From the sequence record MK327934.1: a stretch of 64,000 nt of DNA. One strand, given 5' to 3'. The position numbers and the translations under genes are program-made. This document shows, one piece after another, positions 62,244-64,000 of this stretch. Every line of letters begins with the position of its first letter. The first letter of the stretch is position 1. The notes under the pieces are model-generated. The model saw only the letters and a list, made by a program, of their open reading frames with translations. It was not told the origin of the DNA and did no database searches. The stretch is from Escherichia phage vB_EcoM_G2469.

Positions 62244-62801
62244 TTAAAGATGAAGATACCACCCGTTGTAGTTGCTCTTGCGGACGATTTTCTTTAGGTC
62301 TTCATGGTCTCCCACGAACTTTATAGAATAAGAGAAGACGTCAGGTGAGGTTTCTTTGACATCTAATATAATAATGCAATCTGCGACTCGATGGTTCAAG
62401 AAGGGCCCTATATTGATTCCATTACCACCCGGATAATCACCACTGTATCCTGTGGTAACCGAAATCCATTTCGAATCCATCTGATGGGTCTTTACTTCTA
62501 CGCGTAGACCACAGTACTTAGGATGAGCTAAAACGTCCCATGCATACGTGTACGGGTCTTCTACGTCTTCATTACCTTTATTAACATATCCGTCTAGCCA
62601 ATTTGCTACTACATACTCTGCAAAGACTGCAACCTTACAACGTCGAACAACGTCTTCTTTTATTTGACCTGGATCTTGTTTCAACGAGTACCGAGCAGTA
62701 TCAGCGATCTTAACCTTCATTTCGCTAGTCAAAAACTCATTCGACAGGATAAATGTCGGAAGACTCTTCAGCCTCAACAGCCCCAAGTTCGTCTTTACCA
62801 T
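62244..62801 (-). CDS. denB: endonuclease IV (DenB)-like
   Basis: 185 aa from ATG with AGAGGT RBS; size and position before rIIB as T4 denB; start uncertain. Confidence 0.55.
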   Translation of the reverse strand: MVKTNLGLLRLKSLPTFILSNEFLTSEMKVKIADTARYSLKQDPGQIKEDVVRRCKVAVFAEYVVANWLDGYVNKGNEDVEDPYTYAWDVLAHPKYCGLRVEVKTHQMDSKWISVTTGYSGDYPGGNGINIGPFLNHRVADCIIILDVKETSPDVFSYSIKFVGDHEDLKKIVRKSNYNGWYLHL

Positions 62802-63024
62802 AGATACCTCTGATGTGTAGTTCGCCAAAATAAATGCGGTCACCTTCTTCAAGATATTCTGCATCTACCGGCGGAATTTCATTAACAACTTCGTCGCATT
62901 CTAACCAGCCGTAGTGTGCATCGCCAGGATGTTTTACCAATTTAGCACAATAAACTGATTTACACTTATGATGACCACGAAGATTAGCAATTTTGGATTC
63001 TGATACGTCAAATGGATGAATCAT
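62737..63024 (-). CDS. hypothetical protein (96 aa)
   Basis: ORF from internal ATG MIHPF...; 3' end overlaps denB start. Confidence 0.4.
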   Translation of the reverse strand: MIHPFDVSESKIANLRGHHKCKSVYCAKLVKHPGDAHYGWLECDEVVNEIPPVDAEYLEEGDRIYFGELHIRGIYGKDELGAVEAEESSDIYPVE

Positions 63025-63042
63025 AATTACCCCTAAAGAAAA

Positions 63043-63056
63043 AGGGGACCGAAGTC
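63043..63056 (-). terminator. terminator hairpin after rIIB
   Basis: GGGAC-TTCG-GTCCC followed by CUUUUUC on minus strand. Confidence 0.5.
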
Positions 63057-63064
63057 CCAAATTA

Positions 63065-63991
63065 TTATTCTGCAAATAATTCAGTAACGTCTGAAATTAC
63101 TTCATAACGACAAGTACGCATCTTAGCATCACCATAGTCAACTGGGATGGATACAACATCACGTGGATGAACTTTAACTTTCACAACTTTATCTGAGCTT
63201 GAACCAAAGTGGCGAATATAAGATTTAGCACAAACGTGGAGACCGCGAGAACAGGTTTGAGTATCATCGTCGTTAACTCGAGTACGAGGCATTGAAACAA
63301 CTTTACCTGGGGAGTTATCAAATGTACCACTATAGCAGTCTAAATAGTCCTTACGAACTACTTTCCACGCATAGAAATGACCATCTTCAGTGATTTCAAT
63401 ATCGTTTGCAACCAAGAAGTCGAATAAACGTTGTACAGCTTTTTCACTTGGGTTTTCTAACAGGTTTTCAAGGAATGGCAGATAGAATTTAAAGTCTTCA
63501 CCTTTTTCCATAGAATCAATAATACGATTAACCAGGCCAGAACGAATCTCTATACCTTGATAAAATAAACTACCACCTTCAATAACAACATTACCGTCAA
63601 CAAACTTACTAATAGCTTTCTTGATGTTAATAAGTTCGACAGCTTTACTAAGGTTTCCTGCGACCAGATTAGCTTTAATTTCTTCAAAATTTGCATGACT
63701 TGATGGAGTCGCATTGTATGCTACGCGTCCTTCAATAATTGAAATAAATTTAGATGACGCATTCCATACGATTTCAGGACGATGGCCGCCGATAATAGGT
63801 TCATCATTTTCTGGAACTTCTTCAACTTTCGAAGTCTCATCTTCGGCTTTAAAATTCTTAACAATCTTACGAAGAGTATCTGTTGAAATGTCGAAGTAAT
63901 CAGCAATTTCCCGACGGGTCCATTGACCTGATTCAACCAGTCTGTAAGCTTCTAACTGTTCTTCTTTGGACAAGCATTTAATATTGTACAT
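63065..63991 (-). CDS. rIIB: rIIB membrane-associated rapid-lysis protein
   Basis: 308 aa MYNIKCLSKEEQLEAYRL..., matches T4 rIIB. Confidence 0.9.
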   Translation of the reverse strand: MYNIKCLSKEEQLEAYRLVESGQWTRREIADYFDISTDTLRKIVKNFKAEDETSKVEEVPENDEPIIGGHRPEIVWNASSKFISIIEGRVAYNATPSSHANFEEIKANLVAGNLSKAVELINIKKAISKFVDGNVVIEGGSLFYQGIEIRSGLVNRIIDSMEKGEDFKFYLPFLENLLENPSEKAVQRLFDFLVANDIEITEDGHFYAWKVVRKDYLDCYSGTFDNSPGKVVSMPRTRVNDDDTQTCSRGLHVCAKSYIRHFGSSSDKVVKVKVHPRDVVSIPVDYGDAKMRTCRYEVISDVTELFAE

Positions 63992-64000
63992 AATGTTTCC

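Overview
This 64 kb window is a contiguous segment of a T4-like (T-even, Tequatrovirus-type) lytic myovirus genome, running from the 3' end of gene 21 to rIIB in T4 order and orientation. Calls rest on reading the translated ORF track against remembered T4 protein sequences and gene order; no database search was possible. Plus-strand blocks are late structural genes: 22-23-24 (head), uvsW, 51-27-28-29-48-54 (baseplate), 34-35-36-37-38 (long tail fibre) and holin t. Minus-strand blocks are densely packed early/middle genes: rnlB, hoc, inh, uvsY, 25-26, alt, DNA ligase 30, rIII, 31, cd, pseT, spanins, alc, rnlA, denA, nrdB, nrdA, td, frd, 32, 59, 33, dsbA, rnh, asiA, motA, 52, ndd, denB, rIIB. 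Two group I introns are present: the td intron with I-TevI, and an nrdB intron carrying a full-length 269-aa I-TevIII ORF. No tRNA, rRNA, CRISPR array or integrase was seen. Recurrent T4-type signals are visible: TATAAATA late promoters, early promoters on the minus strand, and a family of GC-rich tetraloop hairpin terminators. Departures from the canonical T4 layout are: (1) a full-length class I DAHP synthase gene between cd and pseT, the most notable accessory function; (2) no segD or segE homing-endonuclease genes at their T4 positions; (3) an ATG-less 93-codon open frame overlapping the end of the gene at 24544-24891, possibly a frameshifted gene; (4) NADAR-like and HAD-like proteins in the gene 30.x block; (5) palindromes bracketing the -10 element of several early promoters. 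Coordinates of promoters and hairpins are approximate (about +/-2 nt); CDS coordinates are anchored to the ORF track.
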